From NCBI RefSeq assembly GCF_030410375.1, contig NZ_JAUHHE010000024.1, positions 1 to 12,392 of the forward strand: a DNA stretch of 12,392 nt. The letters are read 5' to 3'. The notes under the pieces were generated by a model, which saw nothing but the letters and a program-made list of their open reading frames with translations, searched no databases and had not been told where the DNA came from. Source of the DNA: Zwartia vadi (GTDB lineage: Bacteria > Pseudomonadota > Gammaproteobacteria > Burkholderiales > Burkholderiaceae_B). Below are positions 11,892 through 12,392 of this stretch, in pieces; the first letter of the stretch is position 1; each line of letters starts with the position of its first letter. Made by a program: the position numbers and the translations under genes.

Positions 11892-12392
11892 TTATTCATT
11901 TGCCCACTCATAGATACTTTTTGCAATTGGTTGTGGATCTTCAAAGGCGATAACTTTAAGCCCTTGAGTTTCTAAGCGCCAACTTTGTTCATCAATCAAT
12001 TTAGACATCTTCTTGAATTCATTTTTTTCGTATTGCACTTCTTTAGCCGTCATAACAAAAAGCGCCGTATCTTTAATATTCTTTAAGCTCGCATAGGTTG
12101 CTAAATCGCGACTTGCTCTCAACATGTTTAATTCAACCGTTGATGCTGTTTTGTATACGGCGGATAGAACGGAGCCAGCTTTATTTTCAGGCCTCAAATT
12201 GAAGCTCAATGAGTGAGAAGTTTTCCCATTGTCTGATGTAATTAAATGCTGATCATTAACAACTATTTTTTCAAATTCCATACCAGCAATTTTCTTTAAT
12301 TCATCATTTACAAGCTGCCGAACCTGATTTGTATCGAGAGTCAAAAAGTACCTATTTTCATTTTCCTCATCGGTCGGATTAAGAATCACCAT
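11892..12392 (-). CDS. Hypothetical protein in an AT-rich gene; its 5' end is at or beyond the window edge
   Basis: The ORF is open for 166 codons up to the window boundary. The ATG at 12390-12392 may be internal. The region is visibly more AT-rich than the centre of the window. I recognised no motif. Confidence 0.6.
   Translation of the reverse strand: MVILNPTDEENENRYFLTLDTNQVRQLVNDELKKIAGMEFEKIVVNDQHLITSDNGKTSHSLSFNLRPENKAGSVLSAVYKTASTVELNMLRASRDLATYASLKNIKDTALFVMTAKEVQYEKNEFKKMSKLIDEQSWRLETQGLKVIAFEDPQPIAKSIYEWANE

Overview
This 12.4-kb window looks like accessory or mobile DNA from a proteobacterium. I saw no rRNA, tRNA or CRISPR array. About 18 CDS are plausible, and 15 of them are on the minus strand.

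From left to right:
(i) A coiled-coil/HTH regulator and a Pro/Ala/Lys-rich protein.
(ii) A GtrB-like bactoprenol glycosyltransferase with no gtrA or gtrC partner.
(iii) A five-gene minus-strand metal cluster: His-rich secreted protein, HupE/UreJ permease, periplasmic GCHFHG protein, DUF3147-like membrane protein, and a second His-rich paralog.
(iv) A mobile-element-like block. It holds a conserved about 145-aa protein and a divergent intergenic region packed with GYAAC pentamers. Next come a 149-aa unknown and two inverted repeats, which sit in front of a tyrosine recombinase that has only the catalytic domain. A minus-strand operon follows (262-aa unknown, clamp-loader-like AAA+ protein with degenerate Walker motifs, 106-aa unknown), with a divergent 331-aa Trp/Arg-rich protein.
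(v) A small acidic protein and a secreted Ser/Gly/Lys-rich protein, a possible integrase N-terminal remnant, and an AT-rich partial ORF at the right edge.

A 27-29 bp palindromic element (TCAAGCGTCC-CGTWACT-GGACGCTTGA) occurs six times, four intact and two decayed, and usually sits right after a stop codon.

The best candidates for something undescribed are the recombinase plus inverted-repeat plus AAA+ module, the strand-switching GYAAC array, and the palindromic element family. All family names were assigned by eye from motifs. No database search was possible.
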